From the IMG/VR virus record IMGVR_UViG_3300045988_145635: a DNA stretch of 64,000 nt; one strand, 5' to 3'. Below the pieces are notes generated by a model. The model ran no database searches. It was not told the origin of the DNA and saw only the letters and a program-made list of their open reading frames with translations. Positions 45,771-56,005 of this stretch are shown one piece after another (position 1 is the first letter of the stretch; each line of letters starts with the position of its first letter). The translations under genes were made by a program, and so were the position numbers. Source of the stretch: a virus. Lineage: Duplodnaviria > Heunggongvirae > Uroviricota > Caudoviricetes.

Positions 45771-45818
45771 CAGAAAACAAGTTGGTTAGCATATGCAGTA
45801 AACAAGTTGTTTTAGAGC
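45771..45818 (+). promoter_or_regulatory. class A motifs (two adjacent copies)
   Basis: CAGAAAACAAGTTGGTTAGC and GTAAACAAGTTGTTTTAGAGC upstream of the terminase small subunit gene. Confidence 0.5.
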
Positions 45819-45852
45819 GCATGGACGCGCTCTGTGTGTTTTAGAGGGATCT

Positions 45853-46485
45853 ATGACGGTCGAAAAAGACGAGGTAAAAACTCGCCTGACACCAGCGGAG
45901 TGGGCCGAAGCTGAAGCCAAATGGACGTCAGGCGAATATACACTCTCAAAGCTGGAGGAAGAGTACGGCATTCGTCGTGAAACACTCTCCAGACATTTCA
46001 AAAAGCGAGGATTAGAGAAAGGCGCGGACTCTGTTGGGAAGATGGTTCGTGAGTCTCTTAAATCTGACGCAGAGCTTCGCGCTAAAGCCCGTGCGGAAAA
46101 GATAGAAGAACGTCGTACACGTTATGACGGCTGGGCGTATGCGTTGGGGCAGATGGTGATGGTCGAAGTCACTACGGCCAAACGTGAGGGTAAGCCTTTA
46201 GGGGCGATTGAGGATTCTCTCAAGAGCTTACAGAGAGCCAGTAATACCCTTGCAAAATGCTTTGAAGTTTCGTCCAAAGCATTGGGCATGGATCATGCGG
46301 AAAATGACGAGGAAGAAATTCCGAACCTGGTATTTGGTGAGCTTACGCCTTCCCAGGTGGCGAAATTACGTCAGGAAGACGACGAGCCTGAAATCATCGA
46401 TGACGAATTGCTTGAGACGTTGGAAGAAGAAGCTCTAAGCGAATTTGATGCGACAGATGATGGAAGTGAAGGGGAGGACGAATAA
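45853..46485 (+). CDS. putative terminase small subunit
   Basis: Position immediately upstream of the large terminase; N-terminal helix-turn-helix-like region; acidic C-terminus. Confidence 0.55.
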   Translation: MTVEKDEVKTRLTPAEWAEAEAKWTSGEYTLSKLEEEYGIRRETLSRHFKKRGLEKGADSVGKMVRESLKSDAELRAKARAEKIEERRTRYDGWAYALGQMVMVEVTTAKREGKPLGAIEDSLKSLQRASNTLAKCFEVSSKALGMDHAENDEEEIPNLVFGELTPSQVAKLRQEDDEPEIIDDELLETLEEEALSEFDATDDGSEGEDE

Positions 46486-47741
46486 TGGCAATCCCGTCCT
46501 CGCTCAGTCTTGTGCAACTGCATTCTGGACAGATGAAAGTCTTCCAGTCTCCGCATCGATTTAAAGTTGTTTGTGCTGGTCGACGCTGGGGAAAATCCCG
46601 GTTGTCGATCTCCACTATTATTCGTGCGGCGGCAAAGGAAAAAAAGCAAAGGGTCTGGTATGTCGCTCCTACTTACCAGATGGCTCGTCAGATTTTGTGG
46701 GACGATCTACAGGAAGTTCTGCCCCGTAAGTGGGTTAGGAAAAAGAACGACACCACGATGACAATCGTGTTGAAGAACGGTTCGGAGATCGCCCTCAAAG
46801 GTGCTGATAAACCTGACACTCTGCGCGGCGTAGCGTTGCATTTTGTAGTGCTTGATGAATTTCAGGATATGAAGGCTGACACCTGGTACAAGGTGTTACG
46901 ACCTACTCTTTCATCGACACGCGGCGGTGCACTGATCATTGGTACGCCAAAAGGCTTCTCGGAATTTCACAAACTGTGGACTATAGGCCAGAACGTAGAG
47001 CTGCAAAGAAAGGGACAGTGGAAGAGCTGGCAGTTTGTAACTGCTGATTCGCCGTTTGTGCCTACGGCGGAAATTGAAGCTGCTAAGAACGATATGGACC
47101 CTAAATCGTTCGCTCAGGAGTACCTGGCCAGCTTTGAAAATATGTCCGGGCGCGTTTACTACCCGTTCGATCGAAACGTGCATGTTAAACCGCTTCAGTT
47201 CAACCCTCGGTTGCCTATATGGGTAGGACAGGACTTCAACATTGACCCGATGTCTTCCGTAATTTTGCAACCTCAGCCAAATGGTGAGCTATGGGCAATT
47301 GATGAATTGGTGCTCTTTTCCTCTAACACGGCAGAGGTTTGTGATGAGCTTGAGAGACGCTTCTGGCGCTGGAAATCACAGATAACGGTATTTCCAGATC
47401 CGGCAGGTGCTTATCGCCAACATGCTCGCGGGGAGTCTGACGTCGACATATTCAAAGAGAAGGGATTCTTACGTGTCGATTATTCGAAAAAGCACCCGCC
47501 AATTGCGGATCGTGTTAATGCTGTTAACCGAATGCTGATGACCGCATCTGGAGATATCCGGCTGTATATCGATCCGAAGTGCAAGCATTTGATTGATTCA
47601 TTGGAAAAAGTCATCTACAAGCCTGGAACACGAGATATGGATAAGACAGGTGGCATTGAGCATAGTGCAGACGCATTGGGCTATCCAGTACATCGTAGGT
47701 ATCCAGTCAAAAACCGTGTTATTCTTGGTGGCTCTCGATAG
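46485..47741 (+). CDS. terminase large subunit
   Basis: Walker A VCAGRRWGKS and Walker B FVVLDEFQ in the N-terminal ATPase domain; C-terminal nuclease-sized domain. Confidence 0.85.
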   Translation: MAIPSSLSLVQLHSGQMKVFQSPHRFKVVCAGRRWGKSRLSISTIIRAAAKEKKQRVWYVAPTYQMARQILWDDLQEVLPRKWVRKKNDTTMTIVLKNGSEIALKGADKPDTLRGVALHFVVLDEFQDMKADTWYKVLRPTLSSTRGGALIIGTPKGFSEFHKLWTIGQNVELQRKGQWKSWQFVTADSPFVPTAEIEAAKNDMDPKSFAQEYLASFENMSGRVYYPFDRNVHVKPLQFNPRLPIWVGQDFNIDPMSSVILQPQPNGELWAIDELVLFSSNTAEVCDELERRFWRWKSQITVFPDPAGAYRQHARGESDVDIFKEKGFLRVDYSKKHPPIADRVNAVNRMLMTASGDIRLYIDPKCKHLIDSLEKVIYKPGTRDMDKTGGIEHSADALGYPVHRRYPVKNRVILGGSR

Positions 47742-47759
47742 GTAAGTAATTATCTAAGG
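47737..47759. promoter_or_regulatory. class B palindrome (GATAGGTAAGTAATTATCTAAGG)
   Basis: Between terminase and portal genes. Confidence 0.4.
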
Positions 47760-47767
47760 TTATTCAA

Positions 47768-49342
47768 ATGGAATTGAACGACAAACAAATTAAGGATCTG
47801 GTGGTGCGACGCCACCCGGAATACGAAAAGAAAAAAGAACATTGGGACTTCCTCGCCAGCACTTACGCTGGCGGGCGTGGTTGGTTTACAGACAATATCT
47901 TTCGTTACTTTAAAGAGGGAGATCAGGAGTTTAAGGAGCGAGTTGAGCGTGCTTATCGCTTCAACCACACTCGTGAGGTGGTAAACCTCATCAACAAATA
48001 TCTCTTTAAAGAAGACATTCATAGAAATATCGAAGAGGCACCAGAGCAGATCCGCAATTTCTGGAAACGTGCGACTCGCCAGAATGCCTCTATTGACTCA
48101 TTTATGGCCGCTATTGATTTGCAGTCGTCTATTTACGGTCGCATATGGGTTGTTGTCGATAGCACGATGAGTGGTGATGTTGAGTCAGTAGCTGACGAGA
48201 AAAAGAAAGATGCTCGCGCCTACGCCTACTGGATTTCACCTCAGCAAATGCTGGATGTGGCATGGGACGACGACGGGAATATGTTATGGGCGTTAATTGT
48301 GGAAGTCGCTCGCGATGACGCAGATCCTTTTACTTCTACAGGTCAGGAATACCAACGTTATCGTCTGTGGACACAAAACGAGTGGTATCTGTTCCGTGAG
48401 GAAGTGAAGAAGGGGGCTGGTGGAGCAGGTCGTCGTCAGGCAAAAGTTATTTTAGAGGACAGCGGCGCGCATAATCTCGGCGTAGTTCCTGTGTTTCCTG
48501 TTGATTGTATTGGAGAAAGTGAATCACCGTATTTCAGCCCATCGTTGATCGATGATATCGCTTATCTTGATCGTGCGGTTGCAAACTATCTGTCAAACCT
48601 TGATGCCATTATTCAGGATCAGACATTTAGCCAGTTGGCTATACCGGTACAGTCGCTTTTACCTGGTGATGAAAACCACACTAAAGTGCTTGAAATGGGC
48701 ACAAAGCGAGTCTTCACCTACGATTCTGAAGGTGGAAACCAGCCGTTTTATCTGTCACCAGACCCGAAACAAGCTCAGATGATCATCACTACGATTAAGA
48801 CGGTGATTAACGAAATCTACCATTCAGTTGGTGTAGCTGGTGAGCGAACGAAGCAGGACAACGCACAGGGAATCGATAATTCATCTGGTGCCGCAAAAAT
48901 GTATGACTTCCAGCGTGTAAATAGCTTGCTTGTCACAAAAGCAGAGCGTCTGGAAAGGGCTGAACGCCAAATCATGCTACTGGTTGCGAAATGGATGGGG
49001 GTAGATCTGGACGAAGACCACTCTTTAATTGCGTATCCAGAAAGTTTCGATATTCGTGGCCTTACTGATGAATTTTCTGTTGCCGAGAAACTGTCATTAC
49101 TTCAGGCACCGGACTCTGTACGTCGTCACCAGATGGAAATGCTTATTGAGAAGATTTTCCCGAACATTACTGAGGCGATGAAAAAGGAATTTGATAAAGA
49201 TCTCTTGAATTTTCCTCCAAAAAATGATCTAAATACCCTTGAAAATAAGTCAGTACTTACTTATGATCGTGGTGCAGCCCAAGAAAGCGGGCAAGATCAA
49301 CCCCGAGGGAATGGGGACTCATCTACTCAAGAGAACGAGTGA
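47768..49342 (+). CDS. portal protein
   Basis: 524-aa protein immediately after the large terminase; acidic C-terminus; position and size typical of portal proteins. Confidence 0.75.
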   Translation: MELNDKQIKDLVVRRHPEYEKKKEHWDFLASTYAGGRGWFTDNIFRYFKEGDQEFKERVERAYRFNHTREVVNLINKYLFKEDIHRNIEEAPEQIRNFWKRATRQNASIDSFMAAIDLQSSIYGRIWVVVDSTMSGDVESVADEKKKDARAYAYWISPQQMLDVAWDDDGNMLWALIVEVARDDADPFTSTGQEYQRYRLWTQNEWYLFREEVKKGAGGAGRRQAKVILEDSGAHNLGVVPVFPVDCIGESESPYFSPSLIDDIAYLDRAVANYLSNLDAIIQDQTFSQLAIPVQSLLPGDENHTKVLEMGTKRVFTYDSEGGNQPFYLSPDPKQAQMIITTIKTVINEIYHSVGVAGERTKQDNAQGIDNSSGAAKMYDFQRVNSLLVTKAERLERAERQIMLLVAKWMGVDLDEDHSLIAYPESFDIRGLTDEFSVAEKLSLLQAPDSVRRHQMEMLIEKIFPNITEAMKKEFDKDLLNFPPKNDLNTLENKSVLTYDRGAAQESGQDQPRGNGDSSTQENE

Positions 49343-49363
49343 TAAGTAACAAAAGGAATTTTT

Positions 49364-50251
49364 ATGAATCTGTGGCAAATGCTTTTGGCCCGTCGTGGTC
49401 TGATGGATGTCGCTGAAGCGCATGAGCGTGGAGGCGCTGGCGGTGTAGCTGCTGATAATGAGCAGAGTACACAAGATCCTGACAAACAGGGTGAACAAAA
49501 AGAGCAGCCGAAGGGCGATGACGAATACGCTGGCATGACTCAGGAAGAGTTACTGGCCGAGCTTCGTAAAACCAAGAAAGCTGGTGCTGAACTGCTGAAG
49601 GAGAACATGAAGCGCAAAGAGAAAGAGCGCACATTGGCCGATCAGCTTGCTCAGTACGGTGATATCGATCCGGCTCGTGCTCGCCAGCTTTTAGAAGCTG
49701 AACAGGCCGCAGAAAACGCACGTCGTGAGGCGGAGCAAGCTGAACTGGAGCGTCGTGGTGAGTTCGATGCTGTTAAAAAACAGATGATCGAAGCACACCA
49801 GGCAGAGCTAGCACAGCGTGACGAACGTTATGCAGCACTGGAAAGTGAAAACGCATCACTGAAATCTCAATTAGTCGAGATGACCGTGGGCGCTTCCTTC
49901 AGTAACTCTCTCTTCCTACGTGACAAAGTTCTGATGACCCCGGCAAAAGCCCGCGTGATCTACGGTTCTCATTTTGAAGTGGGTGAAGACGGTAGCGTAG
50001 TGGGTTATGACAAACCGGCAGGTCACAAAGAACGAGCTGTTCTGGTTGACGGTGAAGGTAAGCCGTTGCCGTTTGAATCCGCGATTGAACGCATTGTGCG
50101 GGCAGATCCGGAAGCTGACGCATTGATGCGTAGCGAAGCCAAGCAGGGTGTAGGCTCACATTCCAAATCGACCTACACAATATCCCAACCGAAGAACAAG
50201 TCGACTATGGATAAGTTGGCCTCCGGTCTGGGGAAAATTGGACTTAAGTAA
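49364..50251 (+). CDS. putative head scaffolding protein
   Basis: Coiled-coil-rich (EQAAENARREAEQAELERR) 295-aa protein between portal and major capsid genes. Confidence 0.5.
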   Translation: MNLWQMLLARRGLMDVAEAHERGGAGGVAADNEQSTQDPDKQGEQKEQPKGDDEYAGMTQEELLAELRKTKKAGAELLKENMKRKEKERTLADQLAQYGDIDPARARQLLEAEQAAENARREAEQAELERRGEFDAVKKQMIEAHQAELAQRDERYAALESENASLKSQLVEMTVGASFSNSLFLRDKVLMTPAKARVIYGSHFEVGEDGSVVGYDKPAGHKERAVLVDGEGKPLPFESAIERIVRADPEADALMRSEAKQGVGSHSKSTYTISQPKNKSTMDKLASGLGKIGLK

Positions 50252-50276
50252 CATCTAAATCAAAGGGAATTGATAG

Positions 50277-51152
50277 ATGCCATTACTGCGTGAAGAAGCT
50301 GAAAAGCTGTCTAACAACGAACTTGAACAGGGTGTGATCGAAACTATCATCGATCGCGATGACCTGTTTGCCATCCTGCCTTTTATGAAAATTAATTCAA
50401 AGGCATATCTGTACAACCGTGAAAAAACGCTGAGTGAAGCTACCTTCATCGACGTTAACGACACCATCCCTGAAGGTGCAGCAACCTTCGAAGAATGCGT
50501 TGCGAAACTGCGTATTCTGGCTGGTGACGTAGACGTTGATAAATTCCTGGCGACCACTATGGCCGACACCAACAACCAGTTGGCTATTCAGGTTCGTCAG
50601 AAAGTTAAAGGTCTGGCTCGTGCGTTCCGTCGCAACCTGATTTTGGGTGACTCCAGCTCCAACAACAAGGCGTTTGACGGCATTCCACGCCTGATGCACG
50701 CAGATCAGAAGATCGATATCGCCGGTGCATCTATGACTTTCTCTATGTTCGACGAACTGGTCGATGCGGTGAAAGATCTTGGTGCTGACTGCATCATGAT
50801 GCGTTCAGAGCACCTGCGTGCTTACCGTGCGCTGCTGCGTACAGTAAACGTAGGTCCGTCTGAAATCATGATGGAGAACTTCGGTCGTCCGATGCTGTGT
50901 CATAACGGCGTTCCGTTCATCATCAACGACTTCATCCCGACCGATGCTGGCAAAGCAAGCATCTACTGCCTGCATCTGTCAGAAGAGAACGGCGTTACTG
51001 GTCTGTATGGCGGCGATAACGCAGGTATCGTTGTTGAAAACATTGGTACTGTACAGAACAAAGACGCAGTACGTACCCGTGTGAAGTGGTACTGCTCTCT
51101 GGCGAATAAGCACGATAAGGCTATCGCTGCACTGACCAATGTAAAAATTTAA
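50277..51152 (+). CDS. major capsid protein
   Basis: 291-aa protein following the scaffold; highly expressed-type codon usage; strong terminator downstream. Confidence 0.7.
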   Translation: MPLLREEAEKLSNNELEQGVIETIIDRDDLFAILPFMKINSKAYLYNREKTLSEATFIDVNDTIPEGAATFEECVAKLRILAGDVDVDKFLATTMADTNNQLAIQVRQKVKGLARAFRRNLILGDSSSNNKAFDGIPRLMHADQKIDIAGASMTFSMFDELVDAVKDLGADCIMMRSEHLRAYRALLRTVNVGPSEIMMENFGRPMLCHNGVPFIINDFIPTDAGKASIYCLHLSEENGVTGLYGGDNAGIVVENIGTVQNKDAVRTRVKWYCSLANKHDKAIAALTNVKI

Positions 51153-51186
51153 TCAGTGTGGTAGATAAGCAATTATCTATGTTTAA

Positions 51187-51215
51187 GGGTGGGCTATACG
51201 CCCACCCTTTTTGTA
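51187..51215 (+). terminator. rho-independent terminator
   Basis: AGGGTGGGC-TATAC-GCCCACCC followed by TTTTTG, directly after the capsid gene. Confidence 0.75.
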
Positions 51216-51225
51216 GGAGCGAGAA

Positions 51226-52146
51226 ATGCCAGAACAAAAGATGAAGATTACGGAAGAGGCATTTTCGGATTTTACGGGGCATATGTGCCGCGCCGGATTT
51301 ACCAATTCTATCTCCGATGAACCTTTAACCGAGCGGCAACAAAGTCAGCTATCTGCTTGTTTGCAGGCGGTTCCCCTCTCCCAATCCGTAAACATAACCC
51401 CGGCTTCACCGTCAGTTTTGGTTGGGAAAACTGTTCAACTTAGTGCAGGTATTAGTATGGGTAAGAGTGCCAGTTCATTCACCTGGAAGTCAGCGAATGA
51501 TCAAATTGCAACCGTTAACGGCACTGGATTAGTAACTGGTGTAGCACCAGGCAAAGTAAAAATTACTGCAACTGATCAGGAAACCCAGCTTTCCGCTTCA
51601 GTGGAAGTCACCGTAAATCCGGTAGCCGTTCAATCCGTAACGGTAACGCCAGACTCAACCTCTGTTGAGAAAGGGAAATCAGTCAGTCTGAAAGCGAATG
51701 TTCAGCCGTCAAATGCGACGAATAAGGCTGTTACCTGGTCTTCCAAAAATGAAGATAAGGCAACGGTAGACCAGAGCGGGAACGTTACTGGTGTAGAAGT
51801 TGGCACTGCGACGATTGAGATCGTTTCCCAAGATGGCAGCAAAAAGGCAACTGCAACGGTGGAAGTAACTGCGCCTGTTGTAGCTGTTACCGGCGTCGAA
51901 ATCGACCCAAATAGCACAACCGTTGAGGCAAACAAAACTGTTCAGCTGACCGCAAATGTCGAGCCGGCAGGAGCAACAAATAAAACCGTTACTTGGGAAT
52001 CCAAAAATACCGAGTTTGCAACGGTGGATAGCGAAACCGGTGTTGTAACTGGCGTTGCGGCTGGTACTGCCACAATCGAGGTTACTACCCAAGATGGTAG
52101 CCACAAAGCGACAGCGACCGTAGAAGTCACTGCTGCACAGGAATAA
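51226..52146 (+). CDS. Ig-like (Big_2-type) domain protein, probable head decoration protein
   Basis: Three tandem ~90-aa repeats of the pattern TATVDQSGNVTGVEVGTATIEI typical of bacterial Ig-like domains. Confidence 0.65.
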   Translation: MPEQKMKITEEAFSDFTGHMCRAGFTNSISDEPLTERQQSQLSACLQAVPLSQSVNITPASPSVLVGKTVQLSAGISMGKSASSFTWKSANDQIATVNGTGLVTGVAPGKVKITATDQETQLSASVEVTVNPVAVQSVTVTPDSTSVEKGKSVSLKANVQPSNATNKAVTWSSKNEDKATVDQSGNVTGVEVGTATIEIVSQDGSKKATATVEVTAPVVAVTGVEIDPNSTTVEANKTVQLTANVEPAGATNKTVTWESKNTEFATVDSETGVVTGVAAGTATIEVTTQDGSHKATATVEVTAAQE

Positions 52147-52190
52147 TCAATATTGGGCGGCGAAAGCCGCCCAAGTGGAGAGAAAGCGTT

Positions 52191-52625
52191 ATGAAACCAG
52201 CAAAAATTGTTTTATTAGAACCGCAATTTTCCGGTTATTCGGGAATGCTGTGTGGCGTTCAGTTCGAGAACGGGGTGTCCGTAGCGGAGTTGCCTTTTAT
52301 CGATCAGCAAAGGATTTGTGCCTCAATGCGAGCATCAACAGTCGAGGGCAAAAATGTTTCTCCGTCTGCCGCATACAGTGATCGTGGCGAGTTGACCGCA
52401 GACCTGATTACCGAGCCAGCAGCACCTGACATTGTGCCAATGAAACGTGGGACACCAGATGAACCGGCCAAACAGATCCAAACTTTCACACGAGAAGAGT
52501 TGGAGTCAATTGCAGACAATGAAGGCATTGCCGGTCTACGTGTGATTGGTAATCAGGTTGGTGTCAAAGCGAAAGGAATTGTCGAGATGATTGAAGGCAT
52601 CCTGAAAGCACAAGGCGGTGAGTAA
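52191..52625 (+). CDS. hypothetical structural protein
   Basis: 144-aa ORF in the head-tail connector region. Confidence 0.4.
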   Translation: MKPAKIVLLEPQFSGYSGMLCGVQFENGVSVAELPFIDQQRICASMRASTVEGKNVSPSAAYSDRGELTADLITEPAAPDIVPMKRGTPDEPAKQIQTFTREELESIADNEGIAGLRVIGNQVGVKAKGIVEMIEGILKAQGGE

Positions 52626-53458
52626 TGGCGCAGATCGACTCGTATCGTAGCGGTGAAGCTGTTTCCCTTTCATTTGCCTTCAACGTGCTGGATATCGAAT
52701 CTGCTACCTACACAGTAAAGGACAGCACCGGGGCTATTCTCGTTGATGGCGAGCCGCTAGAAATTACCAGCGGTCAAATGTCGATTCCGGTTGTCGTGTC
52801 GGCTGAATATAACCAGCTCTCTGAGAAAGAACGCGATCTGCGGTACGTCATTGTGAAGGCTGTTGCATCGGGTCTGACGCATGAAGAGCGGCAAATGTAT
52901 GTTCTGCTGAATAGTTTTGAACTGTCGATACCAGAACAGTCGTTTGCAACTGTCGCTGATGCTCAAATGCAGGCGATCGATATGCTGAATGGGGACACTT
53001 TGCTGTCGGATGGTGAAGGCTTAATGCGCAAGCGTCTCATTGAGGCTACCAGACGAATTAAAACTTTACCGTTCTCAATCCGCAAAATTCTACGTATCGA
53101 CTTTGACCGATACGATCGCCCTCAAAATATGCTGAATGTGTATGACATTCCGTGGGGAGCAGATGGAGCGTACCGGCATGATTTAGTCGATTGGGAAAAG
53201 ATGACGCAGGAGAAGTTTGAAGAGTTCCCTGACTACTTCAAAGAAGCGTTGATGCTTGCCGTTGTCAACGAAGCGTGTGAGATCGCAAATGGCAATGATG
53301 TTGCCGCAGCACGAGAGGATGGCATTTTGTCAGAGTCCATCGGTGAAACAACCAACATGTACCGTACCGGTAAAGCCGCAAGCGTGCATGTGGCTCGCAG
53401 TACCTGGCGCTTGCTGGTCAGTTACATCAACAACCGTATGATTGTTCGCCGTGCGTAA
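52625..53458 (+). CDS. hypothetical structural protein
   Basis: 277-aa ORF; start overlaps the upstream stop. Confidence 0.4.
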   Translation: MAQIDSYRSGEAVSLSFAFNVLDIESATYTVKDSTGAILVDGEPLEITSGQMSIPVVVSAEYNQLSEKERDLRYVIVKAVASGLTHEERQMYVLLNSFELSIPEQSFATVADAQMQAIDMLNGDTLLSDGEGLMRKRLIEATRRIKTLPFSIRKILRIDFDRYDRPQNMLNVYDIPWGADGAYRHDLVDWEKMTQEKFEEFPDYFKEALMLAVVNEACEIANGNDVAAAREDGILSESIGETTNMYRTGKAASVHVARSTWRLLVSYINNRMIVRRA

Positions 53459-53537
53459 CGCCAGTCGCATTATTTACTTTTGGTCTAAAGGGTTTTTGGC
53501 CAGTAATGAGAGCGACCGACAACAACAGGGAGAGAGC

Positions 53538-53882
53538 ATGAATATTTCATGGCAAACAGAAATTGCGATCTACCGCTTTGGCGCAAAGAACGTTTACGGT
53601 GAGGCGCAATTACAATTCGTCAGGAAGACGAATGTCGGCGTGGTTAAGTTCGAACAGAGTAATGAGAAATCGTCAGTTCGTGCTGATAGCTCTGGTAGTC
53701 GTGGTAAGGCGAGTCTGGAGCTGTTTGATGCTGTGTTAGTTGTCCCTTTAGAAGCGGCTGTACAACTTGATGATGTACTGATCCTTGAAGGTCAAAAATT
53801 AAAGGTGTCCAGTGTTCATCGCCGCTGGGGGCTACGAGGAAGACCTGGGCATCTTGAAGTAGGGGCGAATATATGGGTCTGA
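53538..53882 (+). CDS. hypothetical head-tail joining protein
   Basis: ORF-track start 53442 trimmed to ATG 53538, which follows a GGGAGAGAG site. Confidence 0.4.
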   Translation: MNISWQTEIAIYRFGAKNVYGEAQLQFVRKTNVGVVKFEQSNEKSSVRADSSGSRGKASLELFDAVLVVPLEAAVQLDDVLILEGQKLKVSSVHRRWGLRGRPGHLEVGANIWV

Positions 53883-54346
53883 AATACGATGCGCATCAGT
53901 TCAAACGTGCGGGGAATCGACTCAACAACAGCCAGAAAGCATTTAAGCGATATCTTATTCGGGACATGGAAAAGCTGGCGCGTTTGGTTGAGCGTCTCAG
54001 CCGTGCAATGGCCCCGCTGGAAACCGGATCTCTGGAGACAGCCATCTTTGCCAGGGTGATTAAAGAAGGTTATTCAGGGCTGCGTATTGAGCTTTCTGTG
54101 TCTGGAGCAAAACCACGTCAGGGGCATCCGGGCGTAGAAGTCGGTGACTATGCTAAGTACATGGAGCTGGGTAAATACCGACTCGGTTATCTTTCTCGAA
54201 TGAAGAGCGTGACAAACCCACCAATTGCCGGTGTTAAACCTCGTGTTGGGCCACACTTTCTGGAAAGAGCGGTGGAAATTAGCGAGAAGCAGTTCTCAGA
54301 AGCGATTCTTGAGGCTGCCAGAAAAGCCGGTTTTACGAGAGGTTAA
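53873..54346 (+). CDS. hypothetical tail completion-type protein
   Basis: 157-aa ORF with position and size typical of HK97 gp10-like proteins. Confidence 0.4.
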   Translation: MGLKYDAHQFKRAGNRLNNSQKAFKRYLIRDMEKLARLVERLSRAMAPLETGSLETAIFARVIKEGYSGLRIELSVSGAKPRQGHPGVEVGDYAKYMELGKYRLGYLSRMKSVTNPPIAGVKPRVGPHFLERAVEISEKQFSEAILEAARKAGFTRG

Positions 54347-54347
54347 T

Positions 54348-54731
54348 GTGTTTATTGAAGCGTTTGCAAGTTTGATGCAGAAGGCAAAGATTGGCACGGT
54401 CGGGACTGACATTTTCTGTCACTACTTGCCTGCCAATGTGAAATCTGGCGTCCTGCTTATTAACCCAAATACCGGTATCAGCATCGATCATGAGCTACAG
54501 GGCTTTTATCACGAATCATTCACAATCATTGTGCGTGGTTCGTCAATTACTACGACGGTTGAGAAAGCCAATAAAATCATTGAGATGTTTCCAGTAGAGG
54601 AAACGGAATCTGGTGGTGTTTATTTTCGACTGGTACGACCGATGGCGATGCCAATCATTTATCCCAAAAATGATGGGGCATTAATAGAAGCAGGCATTCC
54701 TGTTGAATTTGCTGGCTATTTATTGAATTAA
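54348..54731 (+). CDS. hypothetical tail protein
   Basis: GTG 54348 after a GAGAGG site, directly following the upstream stop; 127 aa. Confidence 0.4.
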   Translation: MFIEAFASLMQKAKIGTVGTDIFCHYLPANVKSGVLLINPNTGISIDHELQGFYHESFTIIVRGSSITTTVEKANKIIEMFPVEETESGGVYFRLVRPMAMPIIYPKNDGALIEAGIPVEFAGYLLN

Positions 54732-54734
54732 GTT

Positions 54735-54759
54735 AATCGGTAAGTATATACTTACTATT
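54735..54759. promoter_or_regulatory. class B palindrome with perfect GTAAGTATATACTTAC core
   Basis: Located upstream of the major tail protein gene. Confidence 0.45.
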
Positions 54760-54805
54760 AGCGCAATGAATGCGTAGAATTAACGGAAAAAGGAGTTTTC
54801 CATCA

Positions 54806-55552
54806 ATGTCTAATACCCATGTAAAAAACATCAAACTTGGTGCCTGTAAGGTGTCGTTTGGTGGTGTGGATTTGGGTTACACCAAAGGTGGTGTTCAGGT
54901 TGAAGTAGCCACTGAAACGCTGAAAGTCACCGTCGATCAGTTGGGGCAGACCGTAATTTCCGAATTAGTTCAGGGGCGCAACATTACCATCACCGCGCCT
55001 CTGGCTGAGTCTGTACTCCAAAACATGGTTGACCTGATGCCTGGTTCTACTCTGAGCGAAGATGACAACTCTGTCACGATCACATCTGCACAGGGCGTTA
55101 ACCTGATTGATGTGGCGAAGGAGCTGGTTCTGACTCCGCAGGACACCACCGACTATGTGTTGACCATCCCGAAAGCGGCAACCGCGGGCAACTTCACTAT
55201 GACCTACCAGTCTGATGATGTTCGTGTGTTCTCTGTTCAGTTCAGCGCATACCCGGATGATGAAGGCGTTCTGGGCAAAATGAGCGGCCCTAAACCGGTA
55301 AAAACTGTGTCGATCTCACCGGAATCTCCAACCGTAAAAGCTGGAGAAACTGTGCAACTGACAGCCGAAATCACTCCAGCTGATGCCGCAGACAAAACCG
55401 GTGTTTGGGAATCCGAAGACCAGGAAAAGGCCACGGTAGATCAAACGGGTCTGGTACGTGGTGTGGCGCAGGGTTCTACAAATATTTCCTTCACCAGCAA
55501 TAGCGGTGGTAAGAAGGCAACTAAGTCAGTAACGATTAACCCCGCAGATTAA
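54806..55552 (+). CDS. major tail protein with C-terminal Ig-like domain
   Basis: ATG 54806 after AAAAAGGAG; C-terminal 90 aa form a Big_2-like repeat similar to those in the decoration protein; position upstream of the chaperone and tape measure genes. Confidence 0.65.
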   Translation: MSNTHVKNIKLGACKVSFGGVDLGYTKGGVQVEVATETLKVTVDQLGQTVISELVQGRNITITAPLAESVLQNMVDLMPGSTLSEDDNSVTITSAQGVNLIDVAKELVLTPQDTTDYVLTIPKAATAGNFTMTYQSDDVRVFSVQFSAYPDDEGVLGKMSGPKPVKTVSISPESPTVKAGETVQLTAEITPADAADKTGVWESEDQEKATVDQTGLVRGVAQGSTNISFTSNSGGKKATKSVTINPAD

Positions 55553-55607
55553 TCAGTAATTAAGCAGAGGCTCAGGATGGGCCTCTCTTTTAAAAGGATT
55601 TTAACCA

Positions 55608-55925
55608 ATGACCAAATTACTCGATCTCGATTCCATTCTGCCTCCGAAGAAAAGCATCAAATTTGGCGGTCAGGAATATCCCATCGTTGAAATGACGGTA
55701 GGTCTGTTCGTTTCCATCAAGCAGATGGAAGGCAAAGATCTCATGAACATGTCTCCTGTTGAGCAAGTGACAGCTTATGCAGATCTGGTTCGTAAGGTTA
55801 TCCCTTCAGTACCTGACGAAGTTCTTGAAAAACTGACTGTTCCGCAACTCCAGCAGATCTTCACCTTCGCTATGGAAGTGATTGATGAAGAAAACGAAAA
55901 AGCGGCTGGCGAAGGGGCAAAGTAA
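55608..55925 (+). CDS. tail assembly chaperone (lambda G-like)
   Basis: 105-aa acidic protein directly upstream of the tape measure gene. Confidence 0.55.
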   Translation: MTKLLDLDSILPPKKSIKFGGQEYPIVEMTVGLFVSIKQMEGKDLMNMSPVEQVTAYADLVRKVIPSVPDEVLEKLTVPQLQQIFTFAMEVIDEENEKAAGEGAK

Positions 55926-56005
55926 TTTCCCGCGATGAATCCGGGACAAGGACCGTCTCAATAGATCTCGGATTCTATTTCAGTCGTGTAGTTGCTCACT
56001 ACGCC

